Assembly: GCA_030704615.1 (NCBI GenBank)
Contig: CM060734.1
Location: forward strand, 52,390,001-52,454,000
Direction of reading: 5' to 3'
Length of the DNA: 64,000 bases
From: Takakia lepidozioides
Taxonomy: Eukaryota; Plantae; Bryophyta
A program made the position numbers and the translations under genes. The notes beneath the pieces are model-generated. The model was given only the letters and a program-made list of their open reading frames with translations. It had not been told where the DNA came from and made no database searches. Shown here piece after piece: positions 13,561-26,500 of the stretch (position 1 is its first letter; each line of letters begins with the position of its first letter).

Positions 13561-14495
13561 GTATCGAATTAAAAATGCAAGGAAAAGTTAACCTTGGAAA
13601 ATGCCACAACATGAAGAGAAAGCCATGCATATGCATGAGTGAAGATAATAATAAAGCAGCCTTCGGGCATGTAAGGGTTTTAATTTTTTTCCCTCAAAAA
13701 TCGTCAATAAAACTAACAAGGGCCTCATCCCCTTTCACCAAAAAATAAAATAAAATAATAAAATAATAAAAACTATGCCTACAGGTAAATTTTTTTAAAA
13801 AAACTTAAAAAAAACTGTGTGTGTGCCTTATGGCGTGTCAGGGGTTTTAATTTTTTTCCCCGAATAATCTCAAATAAATTGTAAGGGCTTTCACCCAACC
13901 AAATTTTTTTTATAATAAAGTTAACCAGGGCTATAATCCCCCTGTTAGCAAAAAATAAAATAAAAAATGAAATGAAAAAACTAAAAAATTAAAATAAAGC
14001 TAAAACCAAAACTAAAATAGACGAAAAAAAAGAAGAAAAAGAAAACTGTGCAAGCCAGGCCACGTCACCCTACGAGAGCACGTCAGCATAGGTATCTACT
14101 ACCCACAGAGAGTATGTGAGGGGGCAGAGGAAGAGGCTGCAGTATGGGCGAATTCTTGCGGAGAGTGATGTCATCTGCGCTCTCAATTTGATTTGCTCGC
14201 ATGCAACATCTCTCCCATTCTCTGTGTCCGAGTTTCTGCAGTCTGTTGCTGGCGGTTTCGGCAAGGCTGCAGCAGATGGAATTTACGTGTATGTTTTGAT
14301 GTCTCTCCTCTGGTTTTTCCTCATTCAGTAGTCGCTTCACCGACTCGCCCTCTCGAACAGATAGTGGGTTGCTGGAGAGGTTCAATTTGCAACTTGTCGC
14401 CTCTACCGCCGTCTCTGTTTGTTGCGGCTCGTGTGGAGACGTTTTGAAACAGAGCGGGGCGAAGCAGGTTTATCAGCTAGGCTCAGTCGTGAACC

Positions 14496-17400
14496 ATGGG
14501 TGACAGGATAGAGGCGAGGTCTCCTGAGCACGGTACACACACAGAGGCATTGCTGTGGTCAGACGCAGGTGCTGAGAGAGCGTGGCGCCTGAATGTGGAC
14601 TCATTTCGTCCACAAGAACCAAGTCCCCGACGGTCGACCGAGAGCACCATCTGTGATTGCCTTCACAGATTAGGTGAGGCCCGGTCGCTCTTGCTACTTT
14701 CGCTGTATCATTTGATGTAATCATATGCCGATTTTGATAAGATTTAGTTTAGCTTTTGTCCAACTTGTGCCCCTAGCTGTCGTTCTTGACTTGCCTTTTG
14801 TGCTACTCCTCCTGTGTGTTGGCAAGTATCTTGGGACCTCGTAACTGAAAGGATTAGGTTTTCAACTGTACCTGATCTTGGGTGTGTTTGCCTGCATCTG
14901 AATATGGAAAAGACTGCTCTGGCATTTGTTCATGTTGATGCATAGTTTATGGCATCCTTAGCCGTTAGATGCTCATGACCGAGCCTTGTTCTGGGCCTTA
15001 CGCTTACAATGACGCTTCATTTCATGTTAAAAGAGTGAACAGTGAGAAATATGAGAATGCTCTGTATCATAAGAGAGATTGAAGAACACCATCACTCTTG
15101 GCTTGCGGTTCTGCAGATAAATTAATATTTTTTAATTTTTTTGACAACTATCTTAATCTCATCTTGTCATTAGCTTTGGGATCTGCAGACCAGGCATTTA
15201 TGGTCATCTTTTTTTCCAAGTGATAAAGTCAGATAGTAGATCAAGGTTTTGCTAACACAACAGGATGACCACAGGTCCAGAAAGGGGAATTGATAAGTAC
15301 TATCGGCAGCAGGAAGAGATGCTGGAGGGTTTTGTTGAGATGGATGCTATCGCAGAGCGAGGGTACACACCCACCACTACGCAAGTAAACGCCTAAACAT
15401 GTTTTCCTTTGATTGTTTCATTTATTGCTGCCCCCATCAGGTGCTTTGGATCAGTCATCCAAAAGATTAGTGAGAAAGAACTACTCCAGCAGACTAGCGC
15501 ACTGCTGGATAATGAAGATGGTTGTAACACTTTTATCACTACAACAAATTACAAAAATGAGCCTCCCTTTGTTCACAAGGAACAAGAAGATTACATCCCC
15601 CAAGGAGAACTCACTACACAAATCGTGGAAGCCTCTCTTTTGCCTTTAATTGAGTTATGTTTCTGAAATGTGAATGTCTTTTGGAGTACAGGAGGAGCGG
15701 GAGAGTGTTAGAAAGGGAGAACGACTGGCAATCCGGATTTCGAATGTGGCTAATATGCTAATATTTGCTGCCAAAGTATATGCCTGTATCAAGAGTGGGT
15801 CACTAGCGATAATTGCTTCCACGCTGGACTCCCTGTTGGACCTGCTGTCAGGATTCATTCTGTGGTTCGCGGCAATGTCCATGCGCAAGCAGAACCCATA
15901 CTTGTATCCAATCGGCAAGAAACGTATGCAGCCATTGGTTGGTTCACCTGGCCGGCCTGCGTCATTTGTGTACAGAGTAGCAATCATTCCCTGGGGATGG
16001 AAGTTGGAGGCTTTGAATGAGAAGGCTTGGAAGGGTAAACAAGCAGGCAGCTTAGGGTTTTGTGGGGGATGGAATAATGGCAAGCAAGAAAATTGCACAA
16101 GCATTGGATATGATAAACCCTTGGTGCTAGCTATTGGGACAGAAAGAAAGAGAGAATCATATTTGACTGTGGGAGGAGAGGTCTAAGGATATGGACATAG
16201 GGTACTCAGTAGACTATATCAGTTTCTGGACTGCAGGCATAGACCTAGCATTCAGCTGAAAAACTGCTGGAGAGCAGGGTAATAGGCGAGGGGGACAGGA
16301 CTGGGAAAGGTTGCTCCAGCATGATTGTTTACGGTTGCACCAAGACACATCCATGCATTTACTGGTCAGGCAATGCATCCGTTTCAGGCATGGTGTGGCT
16401 GAGCTTCGGTAATTGTAGTGCAGTACAGGGCATGTGTCATAATGCTCTGCTCATGGTGGAATGCAGGGAATCTTGGTCTTTGCATCAGTGATGGCAACAT
16501 TGGGGCTCCAAGTTATCGTGGAGTCCCTGCGCAGACTTATATCCAAGGCAAACATTGCACCCATGTACCTTCGTGTGCGTCCTTTATATTTGAAGATGGA
16601 TAGCTTTCACGAGTATTATGGTTGTAGAACCCAACATCATTTTATCTGGATAAGAAGGGTATGTCTTATGCTGCAGTGGTTGGTCGTTGCAGGATCACTC
16701 AATGGATCTACAGGGTTCAAAGGAGGTGTGGGTAGTGAGCATCATGGTGGGCACAACAGTTGTGAAGTTTTTGCTAATGGTTTACTGTCGAACTTTCAGT
16801 AATGAGATTGTAAGGGCATATGCCCAGGACCACTTCTTTGATGTTATCACCAATGTGATTGGGCTGGTAGCCGCATTGTTAGCAAGCAGGTTTTACTGGT
16901 GGATTGATCCTGCCGGAGCTATTGTGGTACTTTCTCTGTCCGTGTCTCCCACTAGAGTTCCTTCTTTTTTCCTTTGTTTTTGCAATTAGACATCATTGGC
17001 TCTGGTGCTAGTAGTGTCCAACAGATCTGTGCGAGTCAGAGAGCTACCTCAGCAGTGCTGGTATCAGTATCATGAATAGTATTACCCCAATGCAAGCCTT
17101 TAGATCGACAACGATTCCCTGAAATGAAAGTCTCATCGAGTGAGGATGCCCACTACGGTGATTGTTGAATTTGTTTGATTACCATGCTATGTTAAAATCC
17201 CACTACTAGCTGAGGAAAGGTTAGTACACAATGTTTTGTTAAGAGTATATCTGCTAACTTATCTCTGGGATTGGTGCAGCTTGCACTCTACACTATGCGA
17301 ACATGGTCCATGACAGTGCTAGAAAATGTGAATGCCTTGGTGAGCCGTACTGCGTCACCTGATTTTCTACGGAAGTTGACCTATCTCTGTTGGAATCATG

Positions 17401-17630
17401 ACAAGGAAATACTTCAGATCGATACTGTACGTGCCTACACCTTTGGGTCACACTATTTTGCAGAGGTGGACATTGTATTGCCCAGTGATATGTGCCTGCA
17501 ACAGGCCCACGATATTGGGGAAGCCCTTCAGAACAAGCTGGAAACACTCCCCGAAATTGAGCGTGCTTTTGTGCATTTGGATTATGAGATCACCCACCGG
17601 CCCGAGCATGCAGTGCAGGATGACCAATAG
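14496..17630 (+). CDS. MTP11: Metal tolerance protein, Mn-CDF clade (6 exons: 14496-14673, 15275-15384, 15692-15937, 16467-16547, 16693-16926, 17280-17630)
   Basis: [111 protein letters not shown]. Confidence 0.95.
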
Positions 17631-18151
17631 TGAAAAACTTTGTTGGTACTCCTGGGTGTGGCAGAAGCAAAGTCCCACCTAACCTGACTCTCCAATTGGA
17701 TGGTTGTGCCTTTTATCACCCAGCCCATAATCCAGCATGATATAGGCTGCCATCCCCTGTACAATATAAAGTGGGTTCGAGCCCTGTGCCAACTTCTCTG
17801 TTGCCCCCGGCTGTGCATTTTTCAGGATTTGTCTGGACTCCCATTGGAAGGGACATTTCTGTGTGCACCCTACTAAGGGACTTTGTAATTCTTGACAAGC
17901 TGCCAGGTGGCAATCCGTTGATAGAACAACCTATGATGGGTGAGGTCCTCTTATAACATAAGTTCCAGGACAGTAGCTTTATAAAACACCCAAATGAGGT
18001 GAGTGTACAAGAGCTAGCAAGGAAACTCCAAGTGGAGAAGTAAAACCCCATGAACAAAGAGAAACATAAAGATAAAAAGCCAATCTGACCCATTTAATAT
18101 CACCTACCGCACGAAATAGATCAGACAACTGGAAAGGTGGGTCAGGAAGAG

Positions 18152-18800
18152 TGTTGAGATATAAGTCTTAGTACTATCCTAAATATTGGGATTACCATTA
18201 GTCATGACCTTTTTGTATGACCATTAATATCACAAATAGGAATAGTTACATTGCACAATAAAGACCTTTTACACACAGTTTTGATCTAGAATTATTGCGA
18301 TGCCTTGTCTTTGTGTGTCTTTGATGCCTTGTCTTTGTGTGTCTTTAATGCTGGAGTGTAAACTTAACATGGTATCAGAGCTGCGTTCGACCTATAATAT
18401 AATTCTTGGAGACCAACGGTTTCAAAACGCATAATATTGTCTGCAACAAATCATTTTGTTGATAGACAAATCATTTTGTTGATAGACTTGATGGTAGTAA
18501 CTATCAAGTATGGAAACTTAGGACGGAGATGTATTTGTTAAGGGAAGATGACTTGTCAGTAGTAGATGGGTCTCAAGCCAAACATGCCACTCCGACCAAT
18601 CAACCCACATGGGATAAAAAGGATCACAAAGTTAGAGGTGATATAATACTTTGTGTCAAAGACAATCTATTAGTTCATGTCAAAACCTTCAAAGACTTCC
18701 ACGGAGGTCTGGAATAAATTAGCCTCACAATATCAAGATAGTAAAAATCTCATCACAAGGAGATTCTTTAAAATAAAAATACTTGAAGGAGATATTGTTA
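18152..18800 (+). mobile_element. Truncated Ty1/copia element: LTR (~18152-18369), tRNA-iMet PBS, gag fragment
   Basis: TG...AACA then PBS tggtatcagagc (18370-18381); gag LDGSNYQVWKLRTEMYL..WDKKDHKVRGDIILCV..TSTEVWNKL. Confidence 0.8.
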
Positions 18801-19407
18801 AAACCAGTGTTGGTATGTGGGTCTCCATGGTATCAAGTATCAACCCAGGTATCTCCTAATGTAACCTATTGTTCTTTGTTCCCGTAAACATTCGCAGTAC
18901 CCTACCAAAAGGTTAACGAGTTCCATGGCGGCCCTCCAAACCCTGACAGGCGGGGGTAAGGTTCTCCTTTCCCCGCCCCCCTACTAGAGCTCGAATCATA
19001 GCTGCAAATCTGTTTGGGTATCATGTTGATATGCACATAAGTTATACTCTTTTGATTACAACAGCGACACTTTGATCTTCATTTGCGAGACACTTTGGAT
19101 GCAATTCTGATTCAATGTATGATGTATGGGGGTGGGGATCTTGTGAGTAGAGCAAGTTTCCCTTGTGCTCATTTGTTACCCAACCTCTATGATGTACGAA
19201 AGCTTGCTTACATCTGATTTTGAATTCAAGGGGCCTGATTTGTGAGTTGTTGCTCCCAGGTGTTTCCCTCTTATTTTATTTTTAAAAAAATGGATTTGAA
19301 TATAAGTACCACATCTGAGTTCATGTTTCCAGATCATTGCCATTCAGATACCATTGCCGATATCCAGATTGATTTTTAAAAAAAACCACCTATCCCTACC
19401 AGATTGA

Positions 19408-19773
19408 GCCTCTCATTTTAAAATAATAGGGTCTTCAATGGGCACGTGCGATGTGGCCGGTGGGCCCCGCGCACGGACGCCCGGCTCCCCAGCACCCCGC
19501 CCGCCCCGCCCGCCGCTGCGCGCGGTCGCCCAGCCGCGGGCGCGGCTGCAGCAACCGCGCCCCCGTCCGCCGCGCGGCCAGTCCCCCGCCCATGAGTCCG
19601 CTGCCCTCCAGTCTGCCAGTCCGCTGCTGGCCAGTCGGCTGCCCAGCAGTCTGCCAGTCCGCCAGTCCGCCAGTCCGCTGCTGGCCAGTCCCCTGCCATC
19701 CAGTCCGATGACGGCGCAGGATCGCCACCGTCCATTCCCATAACCCATCCGAGCCCTCCATTTTTAGGGCTGC
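19408..19773 (+). repeat. Left TIR of the MULE
   Basis: Reverse complement of 33534-33858, with a few indels. Confidence 0.9.
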
Positions 19774-20513
19774 GAAAATGGCAATGATCTTCCCACCAAA
19801 TCCCGGCCGCTCTCTATTGACGGCTGTTTGTTGTCCGATGTTGCGGTAGGCGTTTCCATGCACGCGACTGTTCCTATTTTGCGCGCGATGTTCATGATGA
19901 TGATGAAGCGTGTGCTTGAACATGAGAGGACTGTCTGGGTACTATAGCCACCATCGTGCATATGTTTCTACTATTTTTGCCTTCTTCTTGTGCTTTCGGG
20001 AACCTTCGTTTTATGGTTTGGTTCTATGTCATAAATATGGAAAATGCGGACATTTGTCGTCGATAACGTCCTCTGCTTGTGATCCGTCATGATACGTTTA
20101 GCCCCTTCGTACTGCATCCCTCATGAGAGCCTTCACAAGTTTAGTTCGTTAAAGGAACCCATGGGTAACATGGGCGCGAAAATGGTGGAAGCGTATGCAC
20201 ATGGGGGCGTGTATTGTAGATTTCGTATCGGACGATGGGACTGTTTATGTGACCAAGTATAGCGGCTTGCATCCGTCGTGCATAAGTTGTGGAAAATGGT
20301 GGAGAATCTGAAGAAACCCAGCTTTGTGATGGATCCACATGGTATTATATAAGGGATGGCAGCACAAAAAAACAATTCGAGTCGTCACGGAACACCATCC
20401 AGTCGTAAGGTCCTCAAACATCCACACGCACCTGCTGAATGCAGATGTCTGAGCCACGACAGGAGATGTCTGAGACAATTGCATCTGCAAATGCGCGTGG
20501 ATGTTTGAGGTCC

Positions 20514-21413
20514 GTTGTATCGCGAGTCTGTTCACAGTGGGTCCGCTGGCCCGTCAGTGCTCCGGATATTCCCCTTATCGCGTGCATAACAGTCAGTTTG
20601 GAGGCGGTCTGCTGGAAGTCCGTCTGTTGGGATAGCAGTCTGTTGCACTTGTGAATTTGTCAGTCTGTTGTGTCGGAAGTCTGTTGCACTAAGTCTGTTT
20701 GACTTCTTATTTTCCCTCCGGTCAGTCTTTTGGCTTGTTCTCCCGCCAGTCTGGCGAAACGTCCGTCTGCTGGACAGTTCTCCTCTATGGATATCAGTCT
20801 GTTGGACTGTGCATGCATCAGTCTGTTGTGTCGCGAGTCTGTTCACAGTGGGTCCGCTGGCCCGTCAGTGCTCCGGATATTCCCCTTATCGCGTGCATAA
20901 CAGTCAGTTTGGAGGCGGTCTGCTGGAAGTCCGTCTGTTGGGATAGCAGTCTGTTGCACTTGTGAATTTGTCAGTCTGTTGTGTCGGAAGTCTGTTGCAC
21001 TAAGTCTGTTTGACTTCTTATTTTCCCTCCGGTCAGTCTTTTGGCTTGTTCTCCCGCCAGTCTGGCGAAACGTCCGTCTGCTGGACAGTTCTCCTCTATG
21101 GATATCAGTCTGTTGGACTGTGCATGCATCAGTCTGTTGTGTCGCGAGTCTGTTCACAGTGGGTCCGCTGGCCCGTCAGTGCTCCGGATATTCCCCTTAT
21201 CGCGTGCATAACAGTCAGTTTGGAGGCGGTCTGCTGGAAGTCCGTCTGTTGGGATAGCAGTCTGTTGCACTTGTGAATTTGTCAGTCTGTTGTGTCGGAA
21301 GTCTGTTGCACTAAGTCTGTTTGACTTCTTATTTTCCCTCCGGTCAGTCTTTTGGCTTGTTCTCCCGCCAGTCTGGCGAAACGTCCGTCTGCTGGACAGT
21401 TCTCCTCTATGGA
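20514..21413 (+). repeat. 311-bp tandem array A (~2.9 units)
   Basis: Identical ORF translations recur at a 311-bp period (20668/20979/21290). Confidence 0.95.
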
Positions 21414-21625
21414 TCGCATTGAATACGTCCACCGAACGAACGGATCGTACTAAATTCATCCACACTCCTCGCAAGTGCAGCAGACTCATTTCCGATCGGG
21501 CCGAGAGTCCAGCGGACTATTCGCTTTGCTGAGGCGAAGCGGCTTCATATTGGAGGCACTTCCCTGCCAGCGGAATGAAGACAAAAAACAGTAAGGGGAG
21601 AACAGGAAAGTCGAACACATCCATT

Positions 21626-23226
21626 GCGAACAGACTCGCGGCACAACAGACTGATGCATGCACAGTCCAACACACTGATATCCATAGAGGAGAACTGTCC
21701 AGCAGACGGACGTTTCGTCAGACTGGCTGGAGAACAAGCCAAAAGACTGACCGGAGGGAAAATAAGAAGTCAAACAGACTTAGTGCAACAGACTTCCGAC
21801 ACAACAGACTGACAAATTCACAAGTGCAACAGACTGCTATCCCAACAGACGGACTTCCAGCAGACCGCCTCCAAACTGACTGTTATGCACGCGATAAGGG
21901 GAATATCCGGAGCACTGACGGGCCAGTGGACCCACTGTGAACAGACTCGCGACACAACAGACTGATGCATGCACAGTCCAACAGACTGATATCCATAGAG
22001 GAGAACTGTCCAGCAGACGGACGTTTCGCCAGACTGGCTGGAGAACAAGCCAAAAGACTGACCGGAGGGAAAATAAGAAGTCAAACAGACTTAGTGCAAC
22101 AGACTTCCGACACAACAGACTGACAAATTCACAAGTGCAACAGACTGCTATCCCAACAGACGGACTTCCAGCAGACCGCCTCCAAACTGACTGTTATGCA
22201 CGCGATAAGGGGAATATCCGGAGCACTGACGGGCCAGCGGACCCACTGTGAACAGACTCGCGACACAACAGACTGATGCATGCACAGTCCAACAGACTGA
22301 TATGCATAGAGGAGAACTGTCCAGCAGACGGACGTTTCGCCAGACTGGCGGGAGAACAAGCCAAAAGACTGACCGGAGGGAAAATAAGAAGTCAAACAGA
22401 CTTAGTGCAACAGACTTCCGACACAACAAACTGACAAATTCACAAGTGCAACAGACTGCTATCCCAACAGACGGACTTCCAGCAGACCGCCTCCAAACTG
22501 ACTGTTATGCACGCGATAAGGGGAATATCCGGAGCACTGACGGGCCAGCGGACCCACTGTGAACAGACTCGCGACACAACAGACTGATGCATGCACAGTC
22601 CAACAGACTGATATCCATAGAGGAGAACTGTCCAGCAGACGGACGTTTCGCCAGACTGGCTGGAGAACAAGCCAAAAGACTGACCGGAGGGAAAATAAGA
22701 AGTCAAACAGACTTAGTGCAACAGACTTCCGACACAACAGACTGACAAATTCACAAGTGCAACAGACTGCTATCCCAACAGACAGACTTCCAACAGACCG
22801 CCTCCAAACTGACTGTTATGCACGCGATAAGGGGAATATCCGGAGCACTGACGGGCCAGCGGACCCACTGTGAACAGACTCGCGACACAACAGACTGATG
22901 CATGCACAGTCCAACAGACTGATATCCATAGAGGAGAACTGTCCAGCAGACGGACGTTTCGCCAGACTGGCGGGAGAACAAGCCAAAAGACTGACCGGAG
23001 GGAAAATAAGAAGTCAAACAGACTTAGTGCAACAGACTTCCGACACAACAGACTGACAAATTCACAAGTGCAACAGACTGCTATCCCAACAGACGGACTT
23101 CCAGCAGACCGCCTCCAAACTGACTGTTATGCACGCGATAAGGGGAATATCCGGAGCACTGACGGGCCAGCGGACCCACTGTGAACAGACTCGCGACACA
23201 ACAGACTGATGCATGCACAGTCCAAC
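21626..23226 (-). repeat. 311-bp tandem array B (~5.1 units), inverted relative to array A
   Basis: Same unit on the opposite strand; ORFs recur at 21937/22248/22559/22870. Confidence 0.95.
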
Positions 23227-23522
23227 GCCTGTTTCTTTGCACAGTTTTGCACTGCTTTGTTTTCCTCTTTGCGTTTTCATCACCGTAACGAAAGACGACC
23301 GTTCTTCCCCAGATGTGGAGAGTCGCGGTGAGCCGCGAAGCGTCGCAAACACGCTCGCTTTCGTAACAACTCGAAGTTCCTCGGCTCGGTGAGGTTCTGA
23401 CTTGCTGCGGTGTTTCCATTCCATTCTGTGTCCTCTTCTTGCTTAGGGTGAGTCTTTTCATAGGACTTCTATCTGTCGCTCTGTCGCTCATTGTCCTTGC
23501 ACCTTCGTTTCATTCTGCAGCG

Positions 23523-26500
23523 ATGGAGGATGCTTGTGAAAAAGATGGAGCGGACTGGTTGGATTTTGTGCACCAAACCAGATTGAAGAAGGAGCAAATG
23601 TACTGGTACTCACCAGACGAGTTTGATCATAAAATAGTGGAAGCATTTGTAGACCTCCGCGCCCGGAAGCCCAAAAACTCGAATTGGCAGAAGGACAAGC
23701 TCTTCTGTCCCTTCTGTGAAGAGGTAATCAAGGACAAAATCCAACTAAATCGGCATTGTGTTGACACAAGTTGCAAGGAGACTGTTGCAATGATTCCACG
23801 AGATTTCAAGCCTTGGCCGATACTGAAAGAAATGTCGATTGTCAAAGAGGCCACAATGCGCTTGCGCGGATCAGTGCTTGACCCCCGCACTTTGGAATTA
23901 GACGAAGTGCGCGCACGATATGGCGTCCATTGTGGTGGCCCGTCAATGGAGGATTTGCAAGTGCAGGGAACGCTGGACGCTCCCAGAAAACGTAAACTGA
24001 GTGATGGGGCCCAAAAAAAAAAAAGGCAAAAAAAGGAGAAGGCTGCAAGGTCTGCTCGCGAGGCAAGGGCAAAATCCACGCAACAGACTAAACCCCGTCC
24101 TGGGCGGCAGACCCACACCATCAGTACTGATACTGAAAGTGAATCTGCTCAGGGCCTGGAAGGGGTGACAAGTCCAGTGGACATTGACTTGCCTGACCAG
24201 ACTCGGTAGCAGACTCACACAAATATCGCGACCCATGCCATCGGTTTAGGGTCAAAACCAAAAACTCAACAGAGCACTGAAGGGCCAGTCTGCCCTGGCA
24301 CATTGCGCCTCATTGACTTTGGGCTTTTCCCACCAGAGTGCCCACCAATTGGGGATCCAGACTTCTTCCGTTATTTCTACAGAGTTGCCCAGTCAGGTCT
24401 GCTACGCACATTAATCCGACAGGCGGAACAGAACCGGTTGAACAGCTTTGAAGATGAAGATGACGATGATGAAGTAGAGGAGGTAATGGTCAGTCTGACC
24501 GCCCAGTCTGTTCTCTGTGCTGTTTGAGTCCATCATCGGGGTCACGTTGCCTATTCAGTCTGGTCAATCCCCTGCGTTCTCTCCTCAATCCGCTGGCTCA
24601 GTCCGCTCGTCAGTTAGTCTGTTTTATATCGCTGCATTACTTACTAAGTCCGTTTGTCAGTCCGCTGGTCCAGTCCACTGGTATAGTCTACTAGTTGCCT
24701 CCACCCTACGTACGCACGTTACAGTCTGCTGGTATGTGAGTCCAGTCCGCTGCATGAGGTGAATATAGAGTCCACGTCCATGTTCCTGACGTCGAAGTTC
24801 TCTGCCGTGTACCAGGATGAACGTGTTTCTATTCGTAGGGCCATTCAGGCTTGGCGGATACCTAGCAATGATGCTCCTTTACAAGCGACTGCAGTGAGTG
24901 TGGAAGTAGACCGCGTGCGAGAGTACATATTATTGAAGTATCCTGGGTCATCTGCTGCTATAGCAGCATTACATGTTGAAGACGCGTCGGGGGGGAATGC
25001 GTCTGGGACAGCCGAGTCTACCATCCAGCAGACTCCCATTCAGCAGGCCGTCATCCAGCAGACTCCCGTTCAGCAGCCTGTCATCCAGCAGACTCCAAGA
25101 GAGCAGACTCCCAACGAGCAGCCTGTCATCCTGCAGACTCCTCTCCAGGAGCCCATCATGCAGCCCATGCCAATGGGAAGTCATGTCATCCAACAGACTG
25201 CGGACCAGCAGACTGACCAGCAGACTGCCTTTCTCTCACATAGCACGGCGCTTTTTGCAGTTTGGCGATCGCCATCACCGGTAATTCGCCCCGGAGCTGA
25301 AGACCTCACACTTCCCCGTCTTAGGGTGGGAGAAATTAATCCCCATTTGGATTGGCATAATGAGCTCCACCGGATCGTTGCGGACCGCCGGTGGTCATTT
25401 GTACCCTTTCATTATTCCATGGAGTTTTCTATTGAGGAAGCCAACCATGTTCTAGAAGCCGCCTCTGCTGTTGCCATTGAAGCCAGAAGCGACCAAAATG
25501 CGCCGCCTCTACTTGTGCAGCTGATTCTCATGGATGACCCACGGCCTGAAGACCTCAGACATATGCCTATGGCACATCCAATTTTTGGGGTGCGAAGAAA
25601 GCACTTGTTCGGATTGACTGAGGAGGACTTTGAGCGCATGGTAGCTTCCTTCCTACAACACAGATGGATGCAATTTGGCAATTTCTGCTCATATAACAAG
25701 TTGATGAAGGATCTGCATAGTTTGAGGATGGACTTACTCCATGGAACAGACCATTCACAGAAGTTTGTGGTGGATGAGGCATTGCACTGGTTTGCATTGG
25801 TGATGGAGCGAGCAGTATTTGACATTGTTTTGCAGAATCCCAATGTCTTCAAAGTCCTGTGGTGTGGGATCCCAACTGAAGACCGCATCGGCGCCATTGC
25901 TCATCTCGATGGAGCATGCCTGTGCCGGCAAATCAAGGACATTGGCCTCGTCGGAAATCTCTTGGAAGGTAAAATGTTATGGGCAACTTTCGTGTTTCAG
26001 CTCAATTTCTTTTGCCAACTTTTTTACAAGTTCACATTTGCATAAACATGTGTTGCAGGGCGAGTTGATCTGGGAGACAAGCAAGTGCAGGCTGCTTTCG
26101 ATTCTTTTGCCAGAGGTGCAAGGGACCTTGTCCTGGCTTTACAAGGAGTTCGGGAGACTATCCAGCAAACTGGCCACAAGAATGTCGAACAACATATTCC
26201 CCACGACACATGTGGGCAAACTACCTAAGTGCTGGAGACCGAGCATGTGCACCAGGCCGTCCCGGGTAATAGGCCGGATCACTCCCAGCAGACTGCCCCG
26301 CACACACATACTCAGTATGTGCAAACAGTACTGAGCGGGCAACGAACTTTGCAGACTTTGCAGCAGACCGGAGAACAGACCGGCCAACAGACTGCCCCTC
26401 AGCCGACTGTGCAGCAGACCAGCGAACATGGCCACCAGACTGCCCCTCAGCAAACTGTACAGCAGACCGTGCAGCAGACCGACAAATCCAGCCAGCAGAT

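Noticed and set aside
19413-19923. GC-rich ORFs at both MULE ends (also 33364-33870)
   Set aside because: They lie in the TIRs, are open in many frames because of GC content, and show no protein motifs
19774-20408. Possible third (VANC-like) gene in the MULE
   Set aside because: Only short, stop-interrupted frames with no recognisable motif; cannot be supported without intact copies
20514-23226. CRISPR-like array, or coding ORFs in the 311-bp repeats
   Set aside because: No unique spacers between units and the context is eukaryotic; the recurring 88-104-aa ORFs are by-products of the repeat
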